Part shown: positions 1-8,466 of the stretch, in pieces
Layout of the letters: each line of letters begins with the position of its first letter
How positions within the stretch are numbered: the stretch's first letter is position 1
Assembly (NCBI GenBank): GCA_026387835.1
Contig: JAPLKZ010000004.1
Coordinates: 1 to 16,211 of the forward strand
DNA length: 16,211 bases
DNA from: Candidatus Saganbacteria bacterium
GTDB taxonomy: Bacteria > Margulisbacteria > WOR-1 > JAKLHX01
Reading direction: 5' to 3'
Translations under genes and position numbers: made by a program
The notes under the pieces: model-generated
What the model saw: only the letters and a program-made list of their open reading frames with translations
Database searches by the model: none
Told to the model about the DNA's origin: nothing

Positions 1-822
1 TTACATTATCCTGCATTTGTGGTTAGCCTCTTTTTCTTCTTCAACATATATTTTTTGACGGGTCATAAGCTCGTCAAAATCCACCAGGTGCCCGTCAAAT
101 TCGGGGCCGTCAACACAGGCGAACTTGACCTGTCCTCCCACGGTCACGCGGCACACCCCGCACATCCCCGTGGCGTCAAGCATTATAGGGTTAAGGCTTA
201 CAAGCGTCTTGATATTATGCGGCCTTGTGACGCCGGCCACCACTTTCATCATTATTGTAGGGCCGACAGCCGAGACAAGATCGACTTTATTTTTTTCTAT
301 GATCTCTTTCAGGATATCCGAGACAAAGCCCTTTTTACCGTACGAACCGTCATCAGTGCAAACCAGTGTTTCATCGCTTGCTTTTCTGATCTCATCTTCC
401 AGAAGGATAAGTTCTTTGTTCCTCGCGCCAAGGACAGAAATGACATGATTGCCTGCCTTTTTGTAAGCTTTTGTGACGGGAAGGATCTCGGGAATGCCCA
501 CACCGCCCCCTATCGTTACGACAGTGCCGAACTTTTCTATATCAGCAGGCTTTCCGAGAGGACATAAAAGATCCCTGACAAAGTCTCCTTTTTTGAGGGT
601 TCCGAGAAGAGATGTTGTCGCTCCGACTTCCTGAAAAATAATGGTGATCTCGCCTAAAGACCTGTCAGCGTCAGCGACCGTTAACGGGATCCTCTCTCCG
701 TTCTCGTTTATCCTTATAACGGCGAACTGGCCCGGTTTGGCGGCTTTCGCAGCATCAGGCGCCAGAACCTTAAGCTGTTTTATCTTTGGCGCGAGCTGTT
801 TGACTTCAATTATTTTATACAT
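1..822 (-). CDS. FAD/NAD(P)-binding oxidoreductase, PyrK / NfnA / sulfide-dehydrogenase-like electron-transfer subunit
   Basis: Complete 273-aa ORF; the stop is the reverse complement of tta at 1-3. It has a GGGVG dinucleotide-binding motif, a ferredoxin-reductase-like fold pattern ([16 protein letters not shown]), and a C-terminal Cys cluster (MCGVCRV...FACVDGPEF) typical of the 2Fe-2S site in PyrK/NfnA-type subunits. Its start overlaps the pdxJ stop by 13 nt. The usual large-subunit partner would lie beyond the window edge. Confidence 0.85.
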   Translation of the reverse strand: MYKIIEVKQLAPKIKQLKVLAPDAAKAAKPGQFAVIRINENGERIPLTVADADRSLGEITIIFQEVGATTSLLGTLKKGDFVRDLLCPLGKPADIEKFGTVVTIGGGVGIPEILPVTKAYKKAGNHVISVLGARNKELILLEDEIRKASDETLVCTDDGSYGKKGFVSDILKEIIEKNKVDLVSAVGPTIMMKVVAGVTRPHNIKTLVSLNPIMLDATGMCGVCRVTVGGQVKFACVDGPEFDGHLVDFDELMTRQKIYVEEEKEANHKCRIM

Positions 823-1526
823 CTTTTTTGCCTGTTAACTGCGTCTCTCATCCTTTTTACGGCCTGACCGAGCCCTACGAACACTGCATCCGCGATTATA
901 CTGAAACCTATGTTCAGCTCCTCGACATCTCTTATCTTTGCTATGGGACCGACGTTGTCAAGAGTAAGGCCGTGCCCGGCATTGACTTTAAGCCCCAGCG
1001 ATACTGCCATCTTCACCGCGTCTCTTATTTTTTTCAGCGCCTTTTGACCTGTATTCGCGTACTCCCCCGTATGGATCTCGATTAATTTTGCTCCTGTCAA
1101 GGCGCTTGCTTTTATCTGCCGAGGATCCGGGTCAACGAACAAGCTTACCCATATTCCGGCATCCTGAAGTTTTTGCACGTACTTCTTTAAATAGGCCGAT
1201 TGTCGCCTGACATCGAGACCGCCTTCAGTGGTCACCTCTTTTCTTTTCTCGGGGACAAGCGTGACGATATCGGGTTTTATTTTCAGGGCTATCTTTTGCA
1301 TTTCCCCTGTCGCGGCCATCTCCATGTCGAACCTTTTGACGGCTTTCCGTATTTCATATATGTCTTCATCTTTGATATGGCGGCGGTCTTCGCGGAGATG
1401 AGCTACTATACCGTCAGCTCCGGCTTTCATGCATATCAACGCGGCTTCCACAGGGGACGGAAAACCTTCTTTCCTTGCTTCTCTCAGCGTTGCTATATGG
1501 TCGATATTGACTCCAAGTTTTATCAT
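810..1526 (-). CDS. pdxJ: pyridoxine 5'-phosphate synthase
   Basis: 238-aa ORF with the hallmark PdxJ N-terminus ([15 protein letters not shown]), then [14 protein letters not shown] and VNAGHGL motifs. Length is typical for the family. Confidence 0.95.
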   Translation of the reverse strand: MIKLGVNIDHIATLREARKEGFPSPVEAALICMKAGADGIVAHLREDRRHIKDEDIYEIRKAVKRFDMEMAATGEMQKIALKIKPDIVTLVPEKRKEVTTEGGLDVRRQSAYLKKYVQKLQDAGIWVSLFVDPDPRQIKASALTGAKLIEIHTGEYANTGQKALKKIRDAVKMAVSLGLKVNAGHGLTLDNVGPIAKIRDVEELNIGFSIIADAVFVGLGQAVKRMRDAVNRQKRCIK

Positions 1527-1535
1527 ATATGTATT

Positions 1536-1541
1536 ATTATA
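1536..1541 (-). promoter_or_regulatory. candidate -10 box (TATAAT) 9 nt upstream of the pdxJ ATG
   Basis: The minus strand reads aaagTATAATaatacatatATG. There is no SD between the box and the ATG and no convincing -35. The box lies in the 41-nt gap after the rlpA-like stop. Confidence 0.35.
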
Positions 1542-1567
1542 CTTTATCAGGATATTGTCCGGGAGAC

Positions 1568-2713
1568 TTACTGCCTTTTGCTGCTTTTTGTATTTCCTAA
1601 AACAAATATTTTGACCCTGGAAACACCCGAACCAAGCATTCCGAGCGATTGCGCTGCCGCCCTTGAAAGGTCAAGTATCCTGCCCGGGATGTAAGGCCCC
1701 CTGTCTGTCACCCTCACTATGACACTCTTGCTGTTATCAAGCCTTGTCACGAGGATCTGGGTCCCGAAAGGAAGCGTCCTGTGTGCGGCCGTGAAATCAT
1801 ACATATTGAAGCGCTCTCCGCTTGATGTCCTCCTGCCGTGGAAAAATCCGCCGTACCAGGAAGCGTAGCCGACCTGAAAAATGTGGAACGGAGAATATTT
1901 TTCGGTGATTTTTGGCGCGCCCAGCGATTCGCGCAGGCTGTTCACCATGTCGAGGGTCATCTCCCATAACTGTTTTTCCCCGACGTCCGTTTCGCCTGTG
2001 CTCAGCACGGGTATTATTTTTCCGCCGATATTCAACGAGTATCTGTCACCGGATGTTTCCGGTCTTATGTCACGTCCCTCCCTGCCGCTGATGACCTGCT
2101 CTTCCATGGCCTGAGCGATCGTCCTTGCCTTGTCGTATGAACTTATGTCCGGATCGGTCTCGCTTATCTTCATGACGGCATCGTCGTTGACAAAGACCTC
2201 GCTGCCCTCTCCTATCCTTTTCTTTTTTACCTCGATCTTGATGCCTTTCATCTTTTCTATCTTTACGATCTCATCGAACAGGTTCTGAGATAAAAGCTGG
2301 CAGTCAAAAGCTCTCCGTATCCTGTTTGACCAGTCATAAGCAAGGAGAAGAGGCGGGATGCTTGTGCCTCTTATGTCGCCGGGTTCTACCGAGAAAACAG
2401 GAGTGTCCTCGACTATCCCTATCGGGATATCGTCTATCATGGCCGGCTCCACCGCGCCGATATCGGCCCCTGCCTCGACCAGATAATTGATGATCTGGGA
2501 AATACGCAGCGCCCGTTCAAATGATGGCACCCCTGCTTCGGAAGAAGCATATATCTTTATGATGGACGTGCCGTTGATGAGTATCTCTGATCCCGATATC
2601 CGGCCCGGGCCGAAAAATCTTGCGGGTTCGGCATAGTATTGTTTTTCTTCGGAAAACGAGCAGGAGTGGAACACCGCAAAGACACAAAATATCGCGATGA
2701 ATAGTTTTTGCAC
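1568..2713 (-). CDS. RlpA-like (double-psi beta-barrel) secreted or lipoprotein with a large duplicated N-terminal region of unknown function
   Basis: 381-aa ORF with a GTG start 2 nt after the ispF stop. A hydrophobic signal peptide ([20 protein letters not shown]) is followed by ~260 aa I do not recognise. The C-terminus (GYASWYG...[10 protein letters not shown]...AAH..LPFGT...[18 protein letters not shown]) matches the RlpA/DPBB_1 signature. Confidence 0.85.
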   Translation of the reverse strand: MQKLFIAIFCVFAVFHSCSFSEEKQYYAEPARFFGPGRISGSEILINGTSIIKIYASSEAGVPSFERALRISQIINYLVEAGADIGAVEPAMIDDIPIGIVEDTPVFSVEPGDIRGTSIPPLLLAYDWSNRIRRAFDCQLLSQNLFDEIVKIEKMKGIKIEVKKKRIGEGSEVFVNDDAVMKISETDPDISSYDKARTIAQAMEEQVISGREGRDIRPETSGDRYSLNIGGKIIPVLSTGETDVGEKQLWEMTLDMVNSLRESLGAPKITEKYSPFHIFQVGYASWYGGFFHGRRTSSGERFNMYDFTAAHRTLPFGTQILVTRLDNSKSVIVRVTDRGPYIPGRILDLSRAAAQSLGMLGSGVSRVKIFVLGNTKSSKRQ

Positions 2714-2715
2714 TA

Positions 2716-3201
2716 TTAGCGGCAGCTATCTGAGCTTGAAAGCAGGCAGACCGCCTGGCTTGCGATAGCTTTCCCCTTGCCGATACTGCCAAGTCCTTCG
2801 GCAGTTTTTGACTTGATGCTTATTGAGGATGGATGTATCTTTAAAACTTTTGATATCTGTTCGATCATTTTACCCGTATGAACGGACATTTTAGGCATTT
2901 CCGCGATAATGTTTGAATCGATATTCGCGATACTATATCCGGCTGACCTGATCTTGCCTGCCACGTCCTTCAGAAGCTTAAGGCTTGAAATGCCTTTATA
3001 TTTTTTATCTGATGGCGGAAAATTTATGCCTATGTCTCCCAGTCCGGCAGCTCCGAGCATCGCATCCATTACAGCGTGCAAAAGCACGTCAGCGTCGGAA
3101 TGTCCGAGAAGACCTTTTGAGAACGGTATCTCGATGCCCCCTAATATCAGTTTTCTTCCTTTGACGAGCCTGTGCACATCAAAGCCGATACCTATGCGCA
3201 T
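2716..3201 (-). CDS. ispF: 2-C-methyl-D-erythritol 2,4-cyclodiphosphate synthase
   Basis: 161-aa ORF with MRIGIGFDVHRL, GHSDADVLLHA..DA.LGA and a typical IspF length. Its start overlaps the tyrS stop by 10 nt. It is a stand-alone gene, not an ispDF fusion. Confidence 0.95.
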   Translation of the reverse strand: MRIGIGFDVHRLVKGRKLILGGIEIPFSKGLLGHSDADVLLHAVMDAMLGAAGLGDIGINFPPSDKKYKGISSLKLLKDVAGKIRSAGYSIANIDSNIIAEMPKMSVHTGKMIEQISKVLKIHPSSISIKSKTAEGLGSIGKGKAIASQAVCLLSSSDSCR

Positions 3202-4400
3202 ATTATCCTCGCATGTTTTCTTTTGCCGACGCTCAATACCGTTTCCTTGTCCAGGGCGATGGCCATGTTCTCATCCTCGGCTTTCACCTCGTTTATCTTG
3301 ACGCCGCCGCCTTTTATCATCCTTTTCGCTTCTCCGGTCGAAGGCAGCAACCCGGACAGGACAAGCAGTCTTGTCAATTGGATCTTCCCGTCTTTCATCT
3401 CAGAACCGTCTATTTTTATGGCCGGCATGTCGGATGGCAGTTTGTTCTGCTTGAAAACCGAATCAAATTCCTGTTCCGATTGTTGAGCTTTTTCTTTGCC
3501 ATAAAAATATTCGACCAGGAACTTGGCAAGTTTTGTTTTTACGTCTTTCGGGTGAAGCCCTCCGGATCCCAGCCCCTTTTTTATCTCAGATATCTCCTGG
3601 TCCGTCGTGTCCGTCAAAAGCTCATAGTATTTGATCATCAAATTATCGGGGATTGACATAGTTTTTCCGAAAATATCTTTCGGTGATTCCGTAAAACCGA
3701 TATAGTTGCCGAGGCTTTTGCTCATCTTCATCTTTCCATCGGTGCCCTCGAGCAGCGGCATTGTCAGTACAACCTGCTGTTCTTTGCCGTATGCCTTCTG
3801 TAATTCTCTTCCCACGAGAAGGTTAAATATCTGGTCATGGCCGCCCACTTCGATATCCGCGTCGATCACAACTGAATCGTAACCCTGCATGAGAGGGTAA
3901 AGGAACTCGACGACGCTGATCTCCCTGTTTTCTTTGAACCTTTCCTTGAAATCCCCTCTTTCCAGCATCCTTGCCACGGTATATTGGGACATCAGTTTCA
4001 TTACCGACATAAGGTCCATCTTTGAAAGCCACTTGCTGTTAAATACAACCTCGGTTTTTTTCCTGTCAAGGACCTTGAAGACCTGTTCCTGGTAGCTTTT
4101 TGCATTATGCAGGACCTCTTCTCTTGAAAGCGGCTTTCTTGTCTCGGATTTGCCCGAAGGATCGCCTATCATACCGGTAAGATCGCCGATTATGAAAATT
4201 ACTTTATGCCCGAGTTCCTGGAAAGTCCTGAGTTTCTTCAGGACGACCATATGCCCGAGGTGGAGGTCAGGCGCGGAAGGATCGGCCCCCCATTTTATTT
4301 TAAGAGAAGCGCCTTTCTGAAGCTTTTTTTTGAGCTCGGCTTCATTTATAAAGTCGACTGTTCCGCGTTTTATCAGCTCTATTTGTTTATTTAAATCCAT
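3192..4400 (-). CDS. tyrS: tyrosine--tRNA ligase
   Basis: 402-aa ORF with the class I HIGH motif (PDLHLGH), the KMSKS motif (KMKMSKSLGN), and a C-terminal S4-like RNA-binding region (GEAKRMIKGGGVKINE). Confidence 0.95.
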   Translation of the reverse strand: MDLNKQIELIKRGTVDFINEAELKKKLQKGASLKIKWGADPSAPDLHLGHMVVLKKLRTFQELGHKVIFIIGDLTGMIGDPSGKSETRKPLSREEVLHNAKSYQEQVFKVLDRKKTEVVFNSKWLSKMDLMSVMKLMSQYTVARMLERGDFKERFKENREISVVEFLYPLMQGYDSVVIDADIEVGGHDQIFNLLVGRELQKAYGKEQQVVLTMPLLEGTDGKMKMSKSLGNYIGFTESPKDIFGKTMSIPDNLMIKYYELLTDTTDQEISEIKKGLGSGGLHPKDVKTKLAKFLVEYFYGKEKAQQSEQEFDSVFKQNKLPSDMPAIKIDGSEMKDGKIQLTRLLVLSGLLPSTGEAKRMIKGGGVKINEVKAEDENMAIALDKETVLSVGKRKHARIICA

Positions 4401-4420
4401 TTGCCCTTACCCATCAAAAA

Positions 4421-5542
4421 TTAACCTGCCCCAATTTCCTTTAAAGATTCCCGCAATATTTTAACTGGTATATCATTCCTTATAATGACCGAACCGATCC
4501 TGGTCGGAAGAACAAAATTGATCCTGCCGTCCCTTACTTTCTTGTCAAGTATGAGCTTTGTTATGATATCGTCAGCCTCTATCCCTTTGATCGAGACCGG
4601 AAGGTTGACCGCGGAGATCAATTTCTTTATCCTGTCCTCAGTATCTGCTTTTATCATCTTCATCTTGTTCGCTATCTTCAGAGCGGCCACCATCCCGATC
4701 GCAACTGCTTCCCCGTGAGTTATCCCTTTATACTCGGATAATGCTTCCAGAGCATGGCCGATCGTGTGGCCGAAATTGAGTATCACCCTTTGGCCTTTTG
4801 TTTCTTTTTCGTCAGCCGCCACGACTTTGGCTTTTATTGACGCGGATATCGATATTATGTTCTCCCATGTCCCGAGAAGGTCCTTAAAATCACCGGGATT
4901 TAATAATTTCGGGGATTTCAATCCGAAAACTTTATTTTCGAGATATTCAAACAATTTAAAGTCTTTTATTACCCCGTACTTTATTATTTCGGCAAGACCG
5001 TTGCGGAGCTCTTTTGCCGGTAAAGTTATAAGCACTGCTGTGTCCGCGTACACCAATCTTGGTTGACAGAACACCCCCACGATATTCTTTGCTTCCTCGA
5101 GGTTCACGCCTGTCTTCCCGCCAATGCTTGCGTCCACCTGGGACAGAAGCGTGGTCGGCACATTGATAAGATCGACGCCTCTCATATATGTTGCCGCCAC
5201 AAATCCGGTCAGATCGCCGATCACTCCCCCGCCCAAAGCAATAAGGGCGCAGTCCCTGTGGGCTTTAAGTTCAAGGAGTTTTTTATACAGCTTCTTGGCC
5301 ATTTCGAGCGTCTTTGTCTTTTCACCAGACGGTATGGTGATGATCTCCGACTTAAAACCTTTTGATCTCAGAGAATGTTTTACCACTCCCGCATAGAGGC
5401 GGCCGACAGTAAAGTCTGAAATTACGATGACCCTGTTCTTCAGCTTCAATTTTGTAAGGGCCTCACCCAGCTTTGAAAGGATCTGCGAGCCTACGATGAT
5501 CTCATAGAAGGCAGAACTCGTGCGAACGGGTATTTTCCTCAT
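4421..5542 (-). CDS. aroB: 3-dehydroquinate synthase
   Basis: AroB pattern: GGGVIGDL.GF.A, a Gly-rich nucleotide site, and metal-binding HTIGHA..... The ORF track starts at a TTG at 5569. I place the start at the ATG at 5542 (MRKIPVRT...) because a -35/-10 pair sits directly upstream of it. Confidence 0.9.
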   Translation of the reverse strand: MRKIPVRTSSAFYEIIVGSQILSKLGEALTKLKLKNRVIVISDFTVGRLYAGVVKHSLRSKGFKSEIITIPSGEKTKTLEMAKKLYKKLLELKAHRDCALIALGGGVIGDLTGFVAATYMRGVDLINVPTTLLSQVDASIGGKTGVNLEEAKNIVGVFCQPRLVYADTAVLITLPAKELRNGLAEIIKYGVIKDFKLFEYLENKVFGLKSPKLLNPGDFKDLLGTWENIISISASIKAKVVAADEKETKGQRVILNFGHTIGHALEALSEYKGITHGEAVAIGMVAALKIANKMKMIKADTEDRIKKLISAVNLPVSIKGIEADDIITKLILDKKVRDGRINFVLPTRIGSVIIRNDIPVKILRESLKEIGAG

Positions 5543-5550
5543 ATATATAT

Positions 5551-5579
5551 ATTGTATATCAATTTTCAAGCATCGACAA
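5551..5579 (-). promoter_or_regulatory. candidate sigma70-type promoter for aroB (TTGTCG-N17-TACAAT), with the -10 box 8 nt from the ATG
   Basis: Minus strand: TTGTCG (5579-5574), a 17-nt spacer, TACAAT (5556-5551), atatatat, then ATG (5542). No SD is present. Confidence 0.45.
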
Positions 5580-5610
5580 GAAACTATCCCTGACCGTCTC
5601 TGATGTCCGG

Positions 5611-6126
5611 TCAGTTCTTAGTTATGAAAGAAATTATTTGATTTATTGTCTTATTATCGGTTTTAATAATATGATCCGCGGTGTTTTTGTAGAACCTGTC
5701 TCTTTTTATCAGCATTGCACGGATGACATCTATCCTTTTCTTTTCATCCTTGATATTCAAAAGAGGCCGGCTGCCGAGTTTTTTCAGCCGTTTATTTATT
5801 GTTCCGGGTCCGGCCGACAACAGGAACACTTTTCCGGTCTTTTTCAGCATCTTCCTGTTCACCGCTTTTAATATCATTCCCCCGCCACAGGCGATGACTG
5901 CCCCGTTCATCTCTTTTAACGACCTGAGAACTTCCGTCTCGAGTCTTCTGAAATAGCCCTCCCCTTTCGTACTGAAAATGGCACTGATCTTTTTCTTAGT
6001 CTTTTTTTCTATTATGGAATCGGTGCATATGAATTTCATCTTCAGCTTTTTTGCCAGGAGGCGCCCGACCGCTGATTTACCGGTAGCCATGAAGCCGATC
6101 AAAATTATATTATCCCTCTTCCTCAT
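5611..6126 (-). CDS. aroK: shikimate kinase
   Basis: 171-aa ORF with Walker A GFMATGKS, D at the shikimate site (CTDS), and a GGG motif (IACGGGMI). An SD-like GGTGAGGA lies immediately upstream. The gene starts 21 nt after the tRNA 3' end. Confidence 0.9.
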   Translation of the reverse strand: MRKRDNIILIGFMATGKSAVGRLLAKKLKMKFICTDSIIEKKTKKKISAIFSTKGEGYFRRLETEVLRSLKEMNGAVIACGGGMILKAVNRKMLKKTGKVFLLSAGPGTINKRLKKLGSRPLLNIKDEKKRIDVIRAMLIKRDRFYKNTADHIIKTDNKTINQIISFITKN

Positions 6127-6147
6127 TCCTCACCCTCATCCTTAACA

Positions 6148-6221
6148 TGCCCCCGGCGTGAGTCGAACACGCGGCCTGCGGTTTAGGAAACCGTCGCTCT
6201 ATCCATCTGAGCTACGGGGGC
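6148..6221 (-). tRNA. tRNA-Arg (anticodon CCU)
   Basis: Hand-folded 74-nt cloverleaf on the minus strand: GCCCCCG TA GCTC AGATGGATA GAGC G ACGGT TTCCTAA ACCGC AGGCC GCGTG TTCGACT CACGC CGGGGGC A. The acceptor stem has 7 bp, the T-loop is TTCGACT, U33 is present, and the anticodon is CCT. There is one A-C mismatch at 27-43. The 3' CCA is not encoded. Confidence 0.9.
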
Positions 6222-6251
6222 ACTCCGTTCGATGCAAGCTTTATGCTAATA

Positions 6252-6280
6252 ATTTTACATTGGAGGGGAGTGCGATGCAA
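6252..6280 (-). promoter_or_regulatory. candidate sigma70-type promoter for tRNA-Arg (TTGCAT-N17-TAAAAT)
   Basis: Minus strand: TTGCAT (6280-6275), a 17-nt spacer, TAAAAT (6257-6252). The -10 box ends ~30 nt upstream of the mature tRNA 5' end. Confidence 0.5.
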
Positions 6281-6329
6281 GTTTGAAGGTTTTTAAAGCG
6301 ATATAACTATATGAAGGAGATCAAATAAA

Positions 6330-6590
6330 ATGCAGGATGATATCAAGATCCCCAAAGAACAGTTCCTCGTGGATTATTTCAAGACAAAAACACAGGCGTC
6401 AAAACCCGAGGACAAGCCTTTTAACGAGGTCCTGCAGACGATACAGGTAAGGATCGAGAAAAAATCCCTTGAAAGCCTCCAGAACTCCCCGAAAGAAGAA
6501 GCTGACAGGGCCATCGACAGCCTTGACCCGAAAGAGGCTGTCTCGCTTCTCAAAGAGACCATCAACACATTAAGGTCAATATCCGGATAG
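6330..6590 (+). CDS. hypothetical small charged protein (86 aa)
   Basis: A strong SD (GAAGGAG) lies 8 nt upstream of the ATG. The arsR-family gene follows 13 nt downstream with its own SD. The protein is K/E/D/S/Q-rich with no Cys or Trp, and I recognise no family. Confidence 0.6.
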   Translation: MQDDIKIPKEQFLVDYFKTKTQASKPEDKPFNEVLQTIQVRIEKKSLESLQNSPKEEADRAIDSLDPKEAVSLLKETINTLRSISG

Positions 6591-6603
6591 CAAGGAAGAT
6601 CTC

Positions 6604-6897
6604 ATGAACCTATTAAGCAGTAAATATTCAAGGTACCTCGAAGTGCTTGGCTCCGAGGAGCGCGTAAAGATCCTCGAGCTTCTCGCAGGCGGGGAGATGT
6701 GCGTGCAGGAGATCAACAGCCATTTTTTTGCCTCGCAGGCGACCATCTCATATCATATCAACATTTTAAAGGAGATCGGTTTTCTAAAGAGCGTGAAAAT
6801 AGGGAAATTCATCTATTATTCACTTCAGGCAAACAATATAAAAGATTATTTAAAAAGATTTGTCAGGGATTTCAGCCTCTGCCTGGACAATGCCTAG
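6604..6897 (+). CDS. ArsR/SmtB-family winged-helix transcriptional regulator
   Basis: 97-aa ORF with ...RVKILELLAGGEMCVQEINSHFFASQATISYHINILKEIGFLKS...YYSL, the ArsR HTH pattern. The position of the canonical ELCVCDL metal site reads EMCVQEI, with one Cys only. An SD (AAGGAAG) lies upstream. Confidence 0.85.
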   Translation: MNLLSSKYSRYLEVLGSEERVKILELLAGGEMCVQEINSHFFASQATISYHINILKEIGFLKSVKIGKFIYYSLQANNIKDYLKRFVRDFSLCLDNA

Positions 6898-7661
6898 ACC
6901 GGGAACTTACCCTCTTTCACTTCACTGATGTATGTTGAAACAGCTTTTTTGAATTGATCTCCAAGGTCCGCGTATTGCTTGACGAACTTTGGCACTTTAC
7001 CCGGATAGAGCCCTACGATGTCATTAGTGACAAGGACCTGGCCGTCGCAGAAAGGTCCCGAACCGCAGCTTATTGTCGGGACTTTGAGCGACTCGGTAAC
7101 GGTCTTTGCGGCATTCCTTTCAACAAGCTCAAGAACTATCGAAAACACGCCCGCATCTTCCAGTAACTTCGATTCTTCTAATACTTGTAAAGTTTCAGCC
7201 TGAGTTTTCCCGTGGACAGCAGGGATTCCTTCTGATTGCGGAGTAAAACCGATATGCCCCATGACAGGGATATCCGAAGAGACAAGTTTTTTTATCAATT
7301 CTAAATGCTCTGTACCTTCTATCTTTACCGCTTCCGCGCCCGCTTCGATGAACAAGACGGCATTTTTATACGCGTCTTCTTCGCCTTTTTCAAATGCGGA
7401 CAGCGGCATGTCCCCTACTATTAATGAATGCTTGACGCCTCTTTTCACGGCTTTTATATGATGGACCATCTCCTGCACCGTCACCAGGATAGTATTTTCG
7501 TATCCGAGGATCACGTTGCCGACCGAATCTCCGACAAGTACGATATCTATTCCGGCTTCTTCGAGAAGTTTTCCCGTCGGGGCATCATAAGCCGTGAGAC
7601 AGGCTATTTTTTCGCCTTTTTCTTTTTTCATCCGGATGGCGCGGACCGTTTCGATAGGCAT
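6894..7661 (-). CDS. panB: 3-methyl-2-oxobutanoate hydroxymethyltransferase
   Basis: PanB pattern: KIACLTAYD, VGDS.GNV.LG, GDMP, VKIEG, GHIG.TPQ. I place the start at the ATG at 7661 (MPIETVRAIR...), 1 nt after the cdaA stop. This gives a normal PanB N-terminus. The longer track ORF starting at 7742 would overlap cdaA by 80 nt. Confidence 0.9.
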   Translation of the reverse strand: MPIETVRAIRMKKEKGEKIACLTAYDAPTGKLLEEAGIDIVLVGDSVGNVILGYENTILVTVQEMVHHIKAVKRGVKHSLIVGDMPLSAFEKGEEDAYKNAVLFIEAGAEAVKIEGTEHLELIKKLVSSDIPVMGHIGFTPQSEGIPAVHGKTQAETLQVLEESKLLEDAGVFSIVLELVERNAAKTVTESLKVPTISCGSGPFCDGQVLVTNDIVGLYPGKVPKFVKQYADLGDQFKKAVSTYISEVKEGKFPV

Positions 7662-7662
7662 T

Positions 7663-8466
7663 TTATTCTTTTTTTTGTCTTCCGAAAAAGAATTTTGATT
7701 TTTGCGGGGCAGGCTTATAAATCTCGAAAAGCCTTTCTTCAAGCAGTTCTTTTGTAAGGAACCTGTTAAGGTAGCCGTTCTCCGCGACGGATATCGTCCC
7801 AGTCGATTCTGAGACTACTATCACAAGAGCGTCAGATTGTTCGCTCATCCCGACAGCGGCCCTGTGGCGCGTGCCGAGCCTCCTGTCAAGAAGACGGCTT
7901 TCCGAAAGGGGCAGCAGGCATCCCGCTGATGCGATCCTGTCGCCCTGGATTATTATCGCCCCGTCGTGGAGCGGCGTGCCTTTTGTCAGTATGGTGATCA
8001 GCAATTCTTCCGTGACCGGAGAATCTATGGGGACGCCGGATTCAAGAAATTCGTTCAGACCTGTGTTCCTTTCAAGGACTATCAGGCCGCCGATCTTTTC
8101 CTGCGAGCATTTTTCCACGGCATCGATTATCTGCCTTACTATTGCGCCGGTCTTTGTACCGAACGAAAGGCCTATCCTGTTCAGCAGTTTCCCTCGTCCC
8201 AGCCGTTCAAGCGCTCTCCGGAGTTCCGGCTGGAATACGATTATTATGACTATCAGGATTATCGTGACGAATTTTTCCATCAGCCAGTTAAGCGTGCGCA
8301 GCCCGAGCTGCTGGGCGGCAAAATAGATCACGAAGACTATCAGCAGACCGCGCAGAAGCTGCATCCCGGCGGTCCCTTTCAGCCAGATGAACACCTGGTA
8401 AAGAATGAACGCGACTATAAGAATGTCTATCAGGTCGACCCATTGTATCCCTAAAGGAAGCGTCAT
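7663..8466 (-). CDS. cdaA: diadenylate cyclase (membrane-anchored, CdaA/DacA type)
   Basis: 267-aa ORF with three N-terminal hydrophobic helices followed by a DisA_N (DAC) domain carrying the signature HDGA and GTRHRAA motifs. Its start overlaps the lysA stop (ATGA). Confidence 0.92.
   Translation of the reverse strand: MTLPLGIQWVDLIDILIVAFILYQVFIWLKGTAGMQLLRGLLIVFVIYFAAQQLGLRTLNWLMEKFVTIILIVIIIVFQPELRRALERLGRGKLLNRIGLSFGTKTGAIVRQIIDAVEKCSQEKIGGLIVLERNTGLNEFLESGVPIDSPVTEELLITILTKGTPLHDGAIIIQGDRIASAGCLLPLSESRLLDRRLGTRHRAAVGMSEQSDALVIVVSESTGTISVAENGYLNRFLTKELLEERLFEIYKPAPQKSKFFFGRQKKE

Noticed and set aside
19-567. 182-aa plus-strand ORF, together with many other 60-160-aa ORFs opposite recognised genes (for example 1200-1694, 2909-3301, 3213-3656, 7871-8326, 7966-8454, 10916-11296, 12882-13211, 13277-13663, 14349-14687)
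   Set aside because: All lie entirely antisense to, or out of frame within, genes with strong family signatures. None has a recognisable motif or an SD/promoter context. They are treated as frame shadows.
4401-4420. Possible T-box leader for tyrS, or riboswitches ahead of lysA, cimA or cdaA
   Set aside because: The intergenic spaces are 20 nt or overlapping, far too short for a T-box (~200 nt) or any known riboswitch aptamer.
5543-5569. TTG-initiated 9-codon extension of aroB
   Set aside because: The extension consists of the AT-rich promoter-like sequence itself (TACAAT plus a TA repeat). The ATG at 5542 is the more plausible start.
6301-6312. ATATA-ac-TATAT inverted repeat as a possible ArsR operator upstream of the 86-aa ORF
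   Set aside because: The arms are only 5 bp and pure A/T in an AT-rich promoter region, so this is not distinguishable from chance. The extended arms do not pair.
7662-7742. 27-codon N-terminal extension of panB
   Set aside because: It would overlap the cdaA 3' end by 80 nt and add a non-conserved K/S-rich tail. The ATG at 7661 gives the usual spacing before the KI.CLTAYD motif.
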